This document shows, piece by piece, positions 40,067-49,385 of a stretch of 64,000 nt of DNA. Source of the DNA: an uncultured bacterium. GTDB lineage: Bacteria > Fidelibacterota > Marinisomatia > Marinisomatales > UBA1611. The position numbers and the translations under genes were made by a program. Position 1 is the first letter of the stretch. The number at the start of each line of letters is the position of its first letter. The stretch covers positions 1 through 64,000 of the forward strand of contig CBFIBM010000009.1 in assembly GCA_965660855.1 (NCBI GenBank), in the 5' to 3' direction. The notes under the pieces are model-generated. The model did no database searches. It saw only the letters and a program-made list of their open reading frames with translations, and was not told the DNA's origin.

Positions 40067-40501
40067 TTAACCTTCTAATATAAATGTTGCAGGACCATCA
40101 TTGATTAATTCAATTTTCATATCTTCACCAAAAATACCTGTTCCCACAGAAATCTCTTTCTTAATCTCTTTTATAAAAGAATTATATAAGTTTTCTGAAA
40201 TTTTAGGGTTTGCTGCATTAGAATAACTAGGTCTTCGACCTTTCGTTGTTCCAGCACAAAGAGTGAATTGGCTAATAATTAGAGCTGATCCATTAACTTC
40301 TCTGATAGATAAATTCATCTTCTGGTTAAAATCATTAAAGACTCTAAGGTTTAGAACTCTTTTTGCTAATAGTTTAGTTTTCAATTCATTATCACCCTTA
40401 TCAATTCCAATAAAAATAACTAATCCTTGACTTATTTTAGCAATAATTTTTTTGTTAACAGAAACACTCGCTTTTTTACATCTTTGTATAAGTACTTTCA
40501 T
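40067..40501 (-). CDS. dtd: D-aminoacyl-tRNA deacylase
   Basis: MKVLIQR, SQFTL, GRRPSY, NDGPAT. Confidence 0.95.
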   Translation of the reverse strand: MKVLIQRCKKASVSVNKKIIAKISQGLVIFIGIDKGDNELKTKLLAKRVLNLRVFNDFNQKMNLSIREVNGSALIISQFTLCAGTTKGRRPSYSNAANPKISENLYNSFIKEIKKEISVGTGIFGEDMKIELINDGPATFILEG

Positions 40502-40504
40502 TAA

Positions 40505-43500
40505 TTAATCTACCCATACATTTTCTTTACCATATTTCGTTCTCAAGGTTTGGATAAATAAACTATCTGTAGTCACCATTATATTATGGGCTATTATTTT
40601 AAGTGGTTTGACTGATCCTTGGTTTGGTAAGTGAAAAATCAACCTACAGTTACCTTGATTCTTTCTTGCTAGGTACATTAGTTCTTCCACATCTTCACCT
40701 TCAACCTGACCAGAAGAAAATTTAATATTCAATCTTTGTGATAGCCTCTCCCTCACTTGTTTAACAGGGATAATTTCTTCTGATATTATTTTTAAATCAG
40801 AAAAATCAGAACCCTCTGAAAGTTTACCTTTTATGAAAACAACGCTTTCTTCTTCAATAAGATTTCCAAATGACTTAAAACAATCACTGAATGCGATTAC
40901 CTCAGCATGGCCACCGAGACAATCTAGGTCAAAAAATGCCATTTCTCTATTCCTTCTATCAAACCGACGAACAATGCGAGTAATCATACCTCCAATAATA
41001 ACCACATCTTTATTATTTATATTATTTTGATCTTCAAATGATATAGATGTGAACTCTTCTAAATCTTCTGAATGCTCTAATAAAGGATGTCCCGAAACAT
41101 AAAAACCAAGAACTTCTTTCTCTTTTGCTAAGGATTCCTTTTCAGACCAATCTGGAATACTTTTTAAAGAAGGAACCTTAATTAACTCTTCCTCCATACC
41201 AACATTCCCAAACATATCAACTTGATTTCGATTGGTTTCGCTTTGCATCTGCTGGCCATATTTGATTGCATCATCAACAGCTGAAAATTTCTGGTTACGA
41301 TTTCCTTCAATAGAGTCTAATGCTCCAGACATTATTAAACTCTCTAAAACTCTTTTATTTACTTTTTGTTGATCTACGCGAGCGCAGAGATCAAAGATAG
41401 AATCATATTGGCCATTATTATCTCTATCATATATAATAGTTTCTAAAGCTTTTAAGCCTACATTTTTTATTGCATTTAATCCATACGAGATTGTTGAATC
41501 ATTAATAGGGCGAAAGTCTTCATATGATATATTGATATTCGGTGGAACTACTTCTATACCCATTTTTTTACTTTCATTTATTAGAATTACTACTCTATCT
41601 ATTGTCCTCATTTCACTGGTAAGATTTGCACTCATAAACTCAGCAGTATGATGAACCTTAAGCCATGCAGTTTGATAAGCAACATACGCGTAAGCAGTCG
41701 AATGACTTTTATTAAATCCATATTGTGCAAACTTTTCAATTAACGCAAAAATTTCTTCAGCTTTTTCCTTTTTTATTTTGTTTTTTTCTGCACCTTTTAC
41801 AAATTTTATTGATAGTTCGTCCATAAGCGATTTTATTTTTTTCCCCATCGCTCTTCTCATAATATCTGCTTCAGCAAGAGTGAAACCAGCAATTTCATTA
41901 GCAATTTGCATAACCTGTTCTTGATAAACAATTATACCATAAGTTTCATTTAAAATTGGCTCCATTTTTGCATGCGCATATGAAATATTTTTTTCACCAT
42001 GTTTTCTAGAAATAAAACTGTCAATATTTTCCATAGGCCCGGGCCTATATAGTGCATTCATTGCAATAAGATCTTCGATAACTGTAGGTTTTAATTTTTT
42101 TAAAAATTCACGCATACCTGATGATTCAAATTGAAACACACCTATCGTATTTCCTTTTGCAAATAATTGATAAACATCATCATCATTTAAAGGAACCTTT
42201 TCTATATCTAGAGTTACCCCTTTTTCTTGTATTAACTTCACCGCCTTATCAATAACTGTTAAATTTCTTAATCCTAAAAAGTCTAGCTTTAAAAGCCCAA
42301 TTTCCTCAAGGCCTTTCATATCATATTGGCTAGTCACATCATTGGTAGATGATTTATATAATGGGACATAGTCAGTAAGGTCACCTGGCGCAATGACAAC
42401 GCCTGCAGCATGGATAGATGCATGCCTATGCATTCCTTCTAGGACTTTTGAATGTGACATTAACTCTTTAAAGTCTCCATCTGCCATTTTTGTTAGCTCA
42501 GGGCTTTTCTTTAAGGCTGCATCAAGTGTTATATTTAATTCATTTGGGATTGCTTTTGCAATTTTATCTACTTCTCCAAAATTATATCCCATAACTCGCC
42601 CAACATCACGTACAACTTGTTTAGCTTTCATTTTACCAAAAGTTATTATTTGCGTTACCGAATTATCACCATACTGATCTTTAATATAATCTATAACTTC
42701 GCCTCTTCTTTCTATGCAAAAGTCAATATCAATATCAGGCATACTTATTCGCTCAGGATTTAAAAAACGTTCAAATAAAAGATTATGCTTTAATGGATCT
42801 ATGCTTGTTATACCAAGTGCATAAGAAACAAGACTTCCAGCAGCTGAACCTCTTCCGGGGCCTACTGGTATATTTGAATCTTTTGCATATTTTACAAAAT
42901 CAGCAGTAATTAAAAAATAACCAGCAAAGCCCATGTTTTTTATTACTAGAAGTTCATGGTTTATTCTTTTTTGAATACTTGGTGTTAATTCTCCATATAA
43001 TGATTCTGCTCCAGCTTTGGTTAGTAGTTTCAAATAACTATCTGGATCCTGAGTAATTGCCTCAGGAGGTATCGGAAAATTCGGTAAATGATATTCACCC
43101 ATAGGTATTTCTAAATCGATACTATCAGAAATCAGACGTGTATTTTCAATTGCATTTGGGAAAGCTTTAAATAGGTTGTGCATTTCATCCTGTGATTTAA
43201 AATAAAATTCAGGTGTTGCATATCTTAAACGATTTGGATCACTACGCTCTTTTCCAGTTCCTAAACAAATGTGAATATCATGTGCCTCCCAGTGCTCTTT
43301 TCTAGCATAATGAGCATCATTTGTACAAACCAATGGAAGGTTTAATTCTTGAGACAACTTTTTCATATTTTTCAAATTAGCTTCTTCTTCAGGGATACCA
43401 TGATTTTGTATTTCTAAATAATATCTATTTGGAAAAATTTCTGAAAATGTAATAGCCGCTTTTTTTGCACCTTCATAATCACCCCGTAACATACGTTCGG

Positions 43501-43939
43501 GTACTTCACCTTTTAAACAAGCAGACATGCAAATTAAGCCTTCATTATATTCTCTCAGAAGATCTATGTCTATTCTAGGACGATAATAAAACCCTTCTAA
43601 ATAACCAGCGGTGACAAGCTTCATTAAATTTTTATAACCGGTATAGTTTTGAGCAAGTAGAATGAGATGATTATTCCCCCAACCATGTTCTGAAGTAGTC
43701 TTTTTATCAAACCTACTTCCAACTGCAACATATATTTCACACCCAATTATTGGTTTTATACCTGCTTTTTTTGCCGCTTTATAATAAGGAAGTACACTAA
43801 ACATATTTCCATGCTCTGTTAAAGCAACTGAGTCCATTTTTAAATCGTCAATCGTATCAACCAACTGGCTAACTTTCTGTGCTCCATCAAGGAGACTATA
43901 GTCAGAATGATTATGTAAATGGACAAATTCAGATTTCAT
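40505..43939 (-). CDS. dnaE: DNA polymerase III alpha subunit
   Basis: PHP HLHNHSDYSLLDG, GPGRGSAAGS, SMPDIDIDF, YGFNKSH, OB fold. Confidence 0.98.
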   Translation of the reverse strand: MKSEFVHLHNHSDYSLLDGAQKVSQLVDTIDDLKMDSVALTEHGNMFSVLPYYKAAKKAGIKPIIGCEIYVAVGSRFDKKTTSEHGWGNNHLILLAQNYTGYKNLMKLVTAGYLEGFYYRPRIDIDLLREYNEGLICMSACLKGEVPERMLRGDYEGAKKAAITFSEIFPNRYYLEIQNHGIPEEEANLKNMKKLSQELNLPLVCTNDAHYARKEHWEAHDIHICLGTGKERSDPNRLRYATPEFYFKSQDEMHNLFKAFPNAIENTRLISDSIDLEIPMGEYHLPNFPIPPEAITQDPDSYLKLLTKAGAESLYGELTPSIQKRINHELLVIKNMGFAGYFLITADFVKYAKDSNIPVGPGRGSAAGSLVSYALGITSIDPLKHNLLFERFLNPERISMPDIDIDFCIERRGEVIDYIKDQYGDNSVTQIITFGKMKAKQVVRDVGRVMGYNFGEVDKIAKAIPNELNITLDAALKKSPELTKMADGDFKELMSHSKVLEGMHRHASIHAAGVVIAPGDLTDYVPLYKSSTNDVTSQYDMKGLEEIGLLKLDFLGLRNLTVIDKAVKLIQEKGVTLDIEKVPLNDDDVYQLFAKGNTIGVFQFESSGMREFLKKLKPTVIEDLIAMNALYRPGPMENIDSFISRKHGEKNISYAHAKMEPILNETYGIIVYQEQVMQIANEIAGFTLAEADIMRRAMGKKIKSLMDELSIKFVKGAEKNKIKKEKAEEIFALIEKFAQYGFNKSHSTAYAYVAYQTAWLKVHHTAEFMSANLTSEMRTIDRVVILINESKKMGIEVVPPNINISYEDFRPINDSTISYGLNAIKNVGLKALETIIYDRDNNGQYDSIFDLCARVDQQKVNKRVLESLIMSGALDSIEGNRNQKFSAVDDAIKYGQQMQSETNRNQVDMFGNVGMEEELIKVPSLKSIPDWSEKESLAKEKEVLGFYVSGHPLLEHSEDLEEFTSISFEDQNNINNKDVVIIGGMITRIVRRFDRRNREMAFFDLDCLGGHAEVIAFSDCFKSFGNLIEEESVVFIKGKLSEGSDFSDLKIISEEIIPVKQVRERLSQRLNIKFSSGQVEGEDVEELMYLARKNQGNCRLIFHLPNQGSVKPLKIIAHNIMVTTDSLFIQTLRTKYGKENVWVD

Positions 43940-44784
43940 AAAATAGTTCCAGTATAAATTGAAATTAAACCCATGATTATACTAATTTTTAAGATACTTG
44001 CTGCACTTTTAGAAGACTTAATTCCGGGATTTTTGTACATCGAAAATACTATAATCCCTAGTGGAATCTCAACTCCTAGAATTAAAAAGATTAGATAATA
44101 AATACTATAAATATTATATACATAAGGTAAAATGAAAATTATTCCAGAAAAAATACTAAGAACAATTACAAGCTTTACAGACTTTTCTATTCCATAGTGT
44201 ATAGGGAAAGTTTTCATTCCAGAGATTTTATCCCCTTTAATATCTGAAATATCTTTTATTAACTCCCTTAAAAAAGAAAGTAAAAAACACAGTACCATCG
44301 GAACTTTCATAGAAGAAATAGAACCATACGCAACGCCGCAAAATAAAAAAGATAGACTTATTGTAAACGCTACTGCAACATTTCCAATTAGCGGTAACTT
44401 TTTTAAATAAGATGTATACAAAACCATGATTGGCATTGCAACAAATACTCCAATAAATTCTGCTTTGTTATTTAATTTCATACATAATAAGCAACCTAAG
44501 ATGAAAAATAACATAGCAATATAAAAAGCAACATTTCTTTTTACGTCCCCTTTAGGAATTGGTCTAAGGGGCCTGTTTATTTTATCAATCTCATAATCTA
44601 CATAATCATTTAAAACATTTGATCCTGCAGTAAATAGCATTACAATTCCAGCAAGTAATAAAAATAGGCTACTATTATTTTCACCACCTATAATATTCGA
44701 TGCAATAAATATAGAAAAACCACTTATAAGAACATTTAATGGTCTGATCAAAGATATATGAGAAATCAATAACTTGTATAACAT
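43936..44784 (-). CDS. UbiA-family prenyltransferase, DGGGP-synthase-like
   Basis: IRPLN, NDYVDYEIDKINRPLRPIPKG, RELIKDISDIKGD; multi-TM. Confidence 0.8.
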   Translation of the reverse strand: MLYKLLISHISLIRPLNVLISGFSIFIASNIIGGENNSSLFLLLAGIVMLFTAGSNVLNDYVDYEIDKINRPLRPIPKGDVKRNVAFYIAMLFFILGCLLCMKLNNKAEFIGVFVAMPIMVLYTSYLKKLPLIGNVAVAFTISLSFLFCGVAYGSISSMKVPMVLCFLLSFLRELIKDISDIKGDKISGMKTFPIHYGIEKSVKLVIVLSIFSGIIFILPYVYNIYSIYYLIFLILGVEIPLGIIVFSMYKNPGIKSSKSAASILKISIIMGLISIYTGTIL

Positions 44785-45642
44785 TTATTTATTTATCTTT
44801 ATGATAAGTATTCTTTCATCACCATTAAAATCTTTTTCTAGAAGATTTAAATATCCTAAGTTTGAAAAAATTTCAGAAACTTTTTTGGGATGATCTCCAT
44901 TCCCTACCTCTAAAATAATATAGCCTCTATTCCGTACAAGGCTTGGAACGATTTCTGCAAACCTTCTATAAAATTTATATCCATCTTCATAGTCCGTAAG
45001 TGCTTTTAAGGGTTCATAGTCTTTTACATCTTTCATTAAAGTCTTTACTTTAGTCTCTCCAATATAAGGAGGATTAGAAATAAAGAGATCAAACATACCA
45101 ACTGGTTTATTTTTGATTATATCCATTTCTTTAAATGTAACATTACTGACATCATATTTAATTTTATTTTTATTTGCTACTTTAATTGCTTTTGAGCATA
45201 TATCGACAGCTAGAATCTGAGCACTTTCTATCTCTAACCCTAAAGTCAAAGAGATACAGCCTGATCCACTCCCAACCTCTAATATTTTAGGATTCTTTAA
45301 ATGAGTTAATTTATCAATTGATAAATCAATTAAACGCTCTGTCTCTGGACGTGGAATAAGGACATGATGGTTAACATAGAAATCCCTTCCATAAAAATTT
45401 GAATTATTTGTTATATATTGTAACGGTTCATAATTGAGACGTCTTTTAATCCATTCTTTAAGAATTTTTAGTTGAGGTTTTGTTACTGGCTCTTCAAACC
45501 TAATATATATATCAATTCTTTTACATTTAAACAAAGAGCATAATAACCATTCAATTTCTCTTCTGGGGTTATCAAATTCTTTTTCGTTAAAATATTTTTT
45601 TGCCCATTGAATAATGTCAATAATTCTCCAAACTTTAGACAT
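44785..45642 (-). CDS. prmC: Release factor glutamine methyltransferase
   Basis: EPLQYI, VLIPRPETE, GSGSGCI, SNPPYI; directly downstream of prfA. Confidence 0.96.
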   Translation of the reverse strand: MSKVWRIIDIIQWAKKYFNEKEFDNPRREIEWLLCSLFKCKRIDIYIRFEEPVTKPQLKILKEWIKRRLNYEPLQYITNNSNFYGRDFYVNHHVLIPRPETERLIDLSIDKLTHLKNPKILEVGSGSGCISLTLGLEIESAQILAVDICSKAIKVANKNKIKYDVSNVTFKEMDIIKNKPVGMFDLFISNPPYIGETKVKTLMKDVKDYEPLKALTDYEDGYKFYRRFAEIVPSLVRNRGYIILEVGNGDHPKKVSEIFSNLGYLNLLEKDFNGDERILIIKINK

Positions 45643-45682
45643 ATTTAAACTTTTAAATCAATTTACTTTTAAAGCAATCAAG

Positions 45683-46750
45683 TTAGGTCGTTTCTGAAGC
45701 CATTATTTCTTGTTGCTCTGCAATCTTAAGTTCTTCAATTATTTCAGTTATATCACCGTCTAAAATTTCATTTAACCGATAAGATGTAAAGTTAATTCGA
45801 TGATCCGTTACCCTACCTTGTGGAAAATTATATGTTCTAATTTTTGCAGATCTATCCCCTGTGGAAACTAAGCTTTTCCTTTGCGCAGCTCGTTTAGATG
45901 CAGCTTTTTCTTCTTCTGCTGCTAACATCCTAGACTTTAGAACTTTTAATGCAGCGGCACGATTTTTGTGCTGCGAAGATTCATCTTGACAAGTTACAAC
46001 TAAACCAGTGGGTATGTGGGTAATACGAATTGCTGATTCTGTTTTATTTACATGTTGTCCACCTGCACCACTCGCTCTATAAGTATCAATTTTTAAATCT
46101 GATTCATTAATATTGACATCTACATCTTTAGCTTCAGGTAGCACTGCAATGGTAGCTGCAGAAGTATGAACTCGCCCACTAGTTTCTGTTTTAGGCACTC
46201 TTTGTACTCGATGTACACCACTTTCATATTTAAGCATTCCATATGCACCAGAACCTTTAATAGAAAGTATAACCTCTTTAAATCCACCTATTCCTGTTTC
46301 AGATGAATCTAAAACTTTAAAATTCCAATTTTTCCTTTCTGAATATCGTGTATAAATCCTGTATAAATCTGAAGCAAAAAGCGCCGCTTCATCCCCTCCA
46401 GTTCCCGCTCTAATTTCTAATATTAAATTTTTATCATCATTTGGGTTTTTAGGTAGTAATAAAACTTTTAATTCTTCTTCTAATTTTTCAAGTTCACTTT
46501 CTAAGTCTGAAATTTCGTCTTCGGCTATCTTTTTTAATTCTTCGTCATCAGTTTCGAGCATTGCTTTATCATCAATTATAAGATCGAAAACTTTTATATA
46601 TCTTTTACCAACTTTTACTAGATCTTCTAGCGAGCTATGCTCTTTTGCGATATTTGTGAGTTTCTCTTGATCTCCAAAAACCTCAGGATCTGCCATTTGC
46701 TCAGCTAAACTGGAATGCTTATTAATTATTTCAATTAGTTTTTCTTTCAA
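45683..46750 (-). CDS. prfA: Peptide chain release factor 1
   Basis: [14 protein letters not shown] (PxT) motif, [18 protein letters not shown] start. Confidence 0.97.
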   Translation of the reverse strand: MKEKLIEIINKHSSLAEQMADPEVFGDQEKLTNIAKEHSSLEDLVKVGKRYIKVFDLIIDDKAMLETDDEELKKIAEDEISDLESELEKLEEELKVLLLPKNPNDDKNLILEIRAGTGGDEAALFASDLYRIYTRYSERKNWNFKVLDSSETGIGGFKEVILSIKGSGAYGMLKYESGVHRVQRVPKTETSGRVHTSAATIAVLPEAKDVDVNINESDLKIDTYRASGAGGQHVNKTESAIRITHIPTGLVVTCQDESSQHKNRAAALKVLKSRMLAAEEEKAASKRAAQRKSLVSTGDRSAKIRTYNFPQGRVTDHRINFTSYRLNEILDGDITEIIEELKIAEQQEIMASETT

Positions 46751-46826
46751 AACTTCACCATTATATTAATTATTGCTTTTTAAATAATTAAAGCAAACTT
46801 GAAAAAAGTATATGTAATAAAATTCT

Positions 46827-46854
46827 CATCTAACTATATGTGTTTAGTTAGATG
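46827..46854 (-). terminator. Stem-loop downstream of rpmE (terminator or processing/stability hairpin)
   Basis: Perfect 10-bp arms CATCTAACTA / TAGTTAGATG; no immediate U-tract. Confidence 0.45.
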
Positions 46855-46869
46855 TGTAGAAATTATCTT

Positions 46870-47118
46870 TTATTTTTGTCCATATTTTCTATTGAATTTT
46901 TCAATTCTTCCAGCCGTATCAACAAGATTTTGTTTCCCAGTAAAAAATGGGTGAGATTTATTTGAAATTTCTATTGTGCACAAAGGATAATCATTCCCAT
47001 CATCCCACTTTATAGTCTCTTTGGTCTCGACTGTTGAACGGGTTAGAAAAGTATGATCACAAGATGTATCTTTAAACACAACTAACCTATAATTCTTTGG
47101 ATGTCCTTCTTTTTTCAT
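46870..47118 (-). CDS. rpmE: 50S ribosomal protein L31, type B (no Zn ribbon)
   Basis: [34 protein letters not shown]. Confidence 0.95.
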   Translation of the reverse strand: MKKEGHPKNYRLVVFKDTSCDHTFLTRSTVETKETIKWDDGNDYPLCTIEISNKSHPFFTGKQNLVDTAGRIEKFNRKYGQK

Positions 47119-47121
47119 ATT

Positions 47122-48333
47122 TTATTCTTCCTTATTCTTCAATTTTTTTAAAGCAGTACTTACTCTTTTGATTCCATCTCTAATTATCTTTGTGCTTGTT
47201 GCATATGAAAATCTTATATGCCCTTGAGCGCCAAAGCCATCACCTGGTACTGTAACAACTTTTGCAGAGCCCAGAATATACTCAGAAATATCAAAAGTAT
47301 CTTTCATTAACTTTCCCTCAAATAACATGCCCAAGTAATAACTAAAATCCGGGAAAACATAAAATGCACCACCGGGTAAGCGGCAAGTGACACCAGGGAT
47401 ATCATTTAATAAATCAACTATTAAGTCTCGTCTTTCTTTAAATGCCTCTTTCATGTCTTCAACACAACTTTGATCTCCAATTAAGGCTTCTATAGCTGCT
47501 TTTTGGCCTATAGAGTTAGCACATGAGGTCGCTTGCCCTTGAATTTTAGACATTGCTTTTATAATATCTGTTGGCCCTGCAGCGTAACCTATCCTCCAAC
47601 CTGTCATCGCATAGGTTTTAGATAAACTAATGCAGGTTACAACCTCTGCCAGTATATTATTTTCCCGGTTAAGTTTTTCAGTACTTACAAACTGACCATC
47701 ATAAACTAGTCTTTCATAACATTCATCAGAAATAATAGTCCAGTTATGCTTTTTTGCCAATCTTAATAATTTTATTATAGCTTCTTTTTCCCAAATTCCG
47801 CCTGTTGGGTTTGAAGGTGAATTAAGTATTACGCCTTTTATCTCAGGAGTGATCTTTTTTTCTAAATCTATAAAATCTGGTTCAAAGTTTTTTTCTGCTA
47901 ATGTATCTACAAGAATTGGCTCTGCATCAGCTAAACGTACAAATTCAGGGAAAGAAACCCAATAAGGTCGAAATACTATGACTTTGTCTCCTTCTTCAAA
48001 TAAAGCTTGGCATGCGTTATATAAACTTTGTTTTTCACCATTTGAAACTAAAATATCAGAGGGGTTATATGATATGCCGTTTTCTCTTTTCAGTTTTTCA
48101 CAGATAGCTTCACGTAATTCAATCATTCCTGGACCGGCTGTATACTTTGTAAAACCATCATCCATTGCTTTTTTACCAGCCTCTATAATATTAGAAGGAG
48201 TATTAAAATCTGGCTCACCTACTGAAAAGTTTATAACATCCATCCCCTTTGACTTCATGTCAGCTGCAATTGTAGCCATTTGTAACGTAAATGATGGCTT
48301 TACTTTATGTACTCTGTTAGAAAGTTTTGTCAT
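47122..48333 (-). CDS. PLP-dependent aminotransferase class I/II (aspartate aminotransferase-like)
   Basis: GEPDF, NSPSNPTG, SDECY, SKTYAMTGWRIGY. Confidence 0.93.
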   Translation of the reverse strand: MTKLSNRVHKVKPSFTLQMATIAADMKSKGMDVINFSVGEPDFNTPSNIIEAGKKAMDDGFTKYTAGPGMIELREAICEKLKRENGISYNPSDILVSNGEKQSLYNACQALFEEGDKVIVFRPYWVSFPEFVRLADAEPILVDTLAEKNFEPDFIDLEKKITPEIKGVILNSPSNPTGGIWEKEAIIKLLRLAKKHNWTIISDECYERLVYDGQFVSTEKLNRENNILAEVVTCISLSKTYAMTGWRIGYAAGPTDIIKAMSKIQGQATSCANSIGQKAAIEALIGDQSCVEDMKEAFKERRDLIVDLLNDIPGVTCRLPGGAFYVFPDFSYYLGMLFEGKLMKDTFDISEYILGSAKVVTVPGDGFGAQGHIRFSYATSTKIIRDGIKRVSTALKKLKNKEE

Positions 48334-49364
48334 TAAAATTTATGCTGCTTTTTATGATGTTTTTCTGTGTTAAACTTGTAATCGTCTGACTCATCAATAA
48401 CATCTGGTTTTAAATTTATGTTCACGGGTTCGTCATTAAAGTTTTTCTTAGGCTTTTTAGATTTCTTACTTTTATTTTTTTTAAAGCTTTTATCTTTATC
48501 AGAAATTTTTTGATTCTTGTTAAATTGATTTTTCCTTTTTGGTTTACGCTTTTTTCTTCTCTTTCTCTTTGGCTTAGGAACATCTAAAGCAGATATGACT
48601 TCTAGATCATTTTGGCTGTCAATTTCAAGCGGTTCCTGATTCATAGATATATTTTTTAATTCATCATCTCCAAAATTAAACTCATTTTTATTAAAAGCAC
48701 CAAATATAGTTCCAAAACCTCTAGTTATTCCATTGCCAACACCAATATAGCTTGGTAAGAAAAAATTTGTTTCAAAGTCACCCATAAATGCACCCCATTT
48801 ATTATCATCGACAGACTTTGGGAAAAGACTTTCTAACGAGACTCTTGTATAAATACTATCTTTTAACTTAATTCCTAATTCATTAGCTAAAAAAATAATG
48901 TTTTGCCCAATTAGCTTATTAAGAAAAGATGGTTTTTCCTGGTTAGTTAAAAATCTATATTTCCCACTTGTCATATGATTGAGAGCAACCCATGGTGTAA
49001 TAAAACGGTACTTTAACAGCTTCTCAGATGGGATAAGCTGCTCTTTAGACTCTTGTTTATCAAATGATTCAACTTCAAAAGTAATGTTCCCGAAGTCAAA
49101 ATTATCAAATTTTTCGGAGAGCTGAATAACTGGATCAACACCTTCTTTTATACCAATTATGTAAATTTGTTCATTAAGAATTTTTACTTGAACTCTAGGA
49201 TATAAAAATTTATCTCTTAGAGAACCATTAAGCATAGGAATTATACTCTCATCAGGAAATTGTCGCATAAAAACACCTTTTACTTGATAAGGTGTTTTTC
49301 GAACAGGTTTATCTGTAACTACCCGCACTACTACTGATTTAATATCAGGAAAACTATCACTCAT
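48333..49364 (-). CDS. Orphan Cas6b-like RAMP protein with a long charged low-complexity C-terminal tail
   Basis: YPRVQVK, IIGIKEG, YRFITPWVALN, LIGQNII, FMGDFETNFFLPSYIGVGNGITRGFGTI (Cas6 G-loop GhGxxxxxGhG); about 120-aa tail with KPKRKRRKKRKPKRK. Confidence 0.8.
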   Translation of the reverse strand: MSDSFPDIKSVVVRVVTDKPVRKTPYQVKGVFMRQFPDESIIPMLNGSLRDKFLYPRVQVKILNEQIYIIGIKEGVDPVIQLSEKFDNFDFGNITFEVESFDKQESKEQLIPSEKLLKYRFITPWVALNHMTSGKYRFLTNQEKPSFLNKLIGQNIIFLANELGIKLKDSIYTRVSLESLFPKSVDDNKWGAFMGDFETNFFLPSYIGVGNGITRGFGTIFGAFNKNEFNFGDDELKNISMNQEPLEIDSQNDLEVISALDVPKPKRKRRKKRKPKRKNQFNKNQKISDKDKSFKKNKSKKSKKPKKNFNDEPVNINLKPDVIDESDDYKFNTEKHHKKQHKF

Positions 49365-49385
49365 TTAGAATTAATAATTAAAAAT

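Noticed and set aside
40505..43939. Intein or split in dnaE
   Set aside because: The length (1144 aa) and motif continuity are those of an uninterrupted DnaE.
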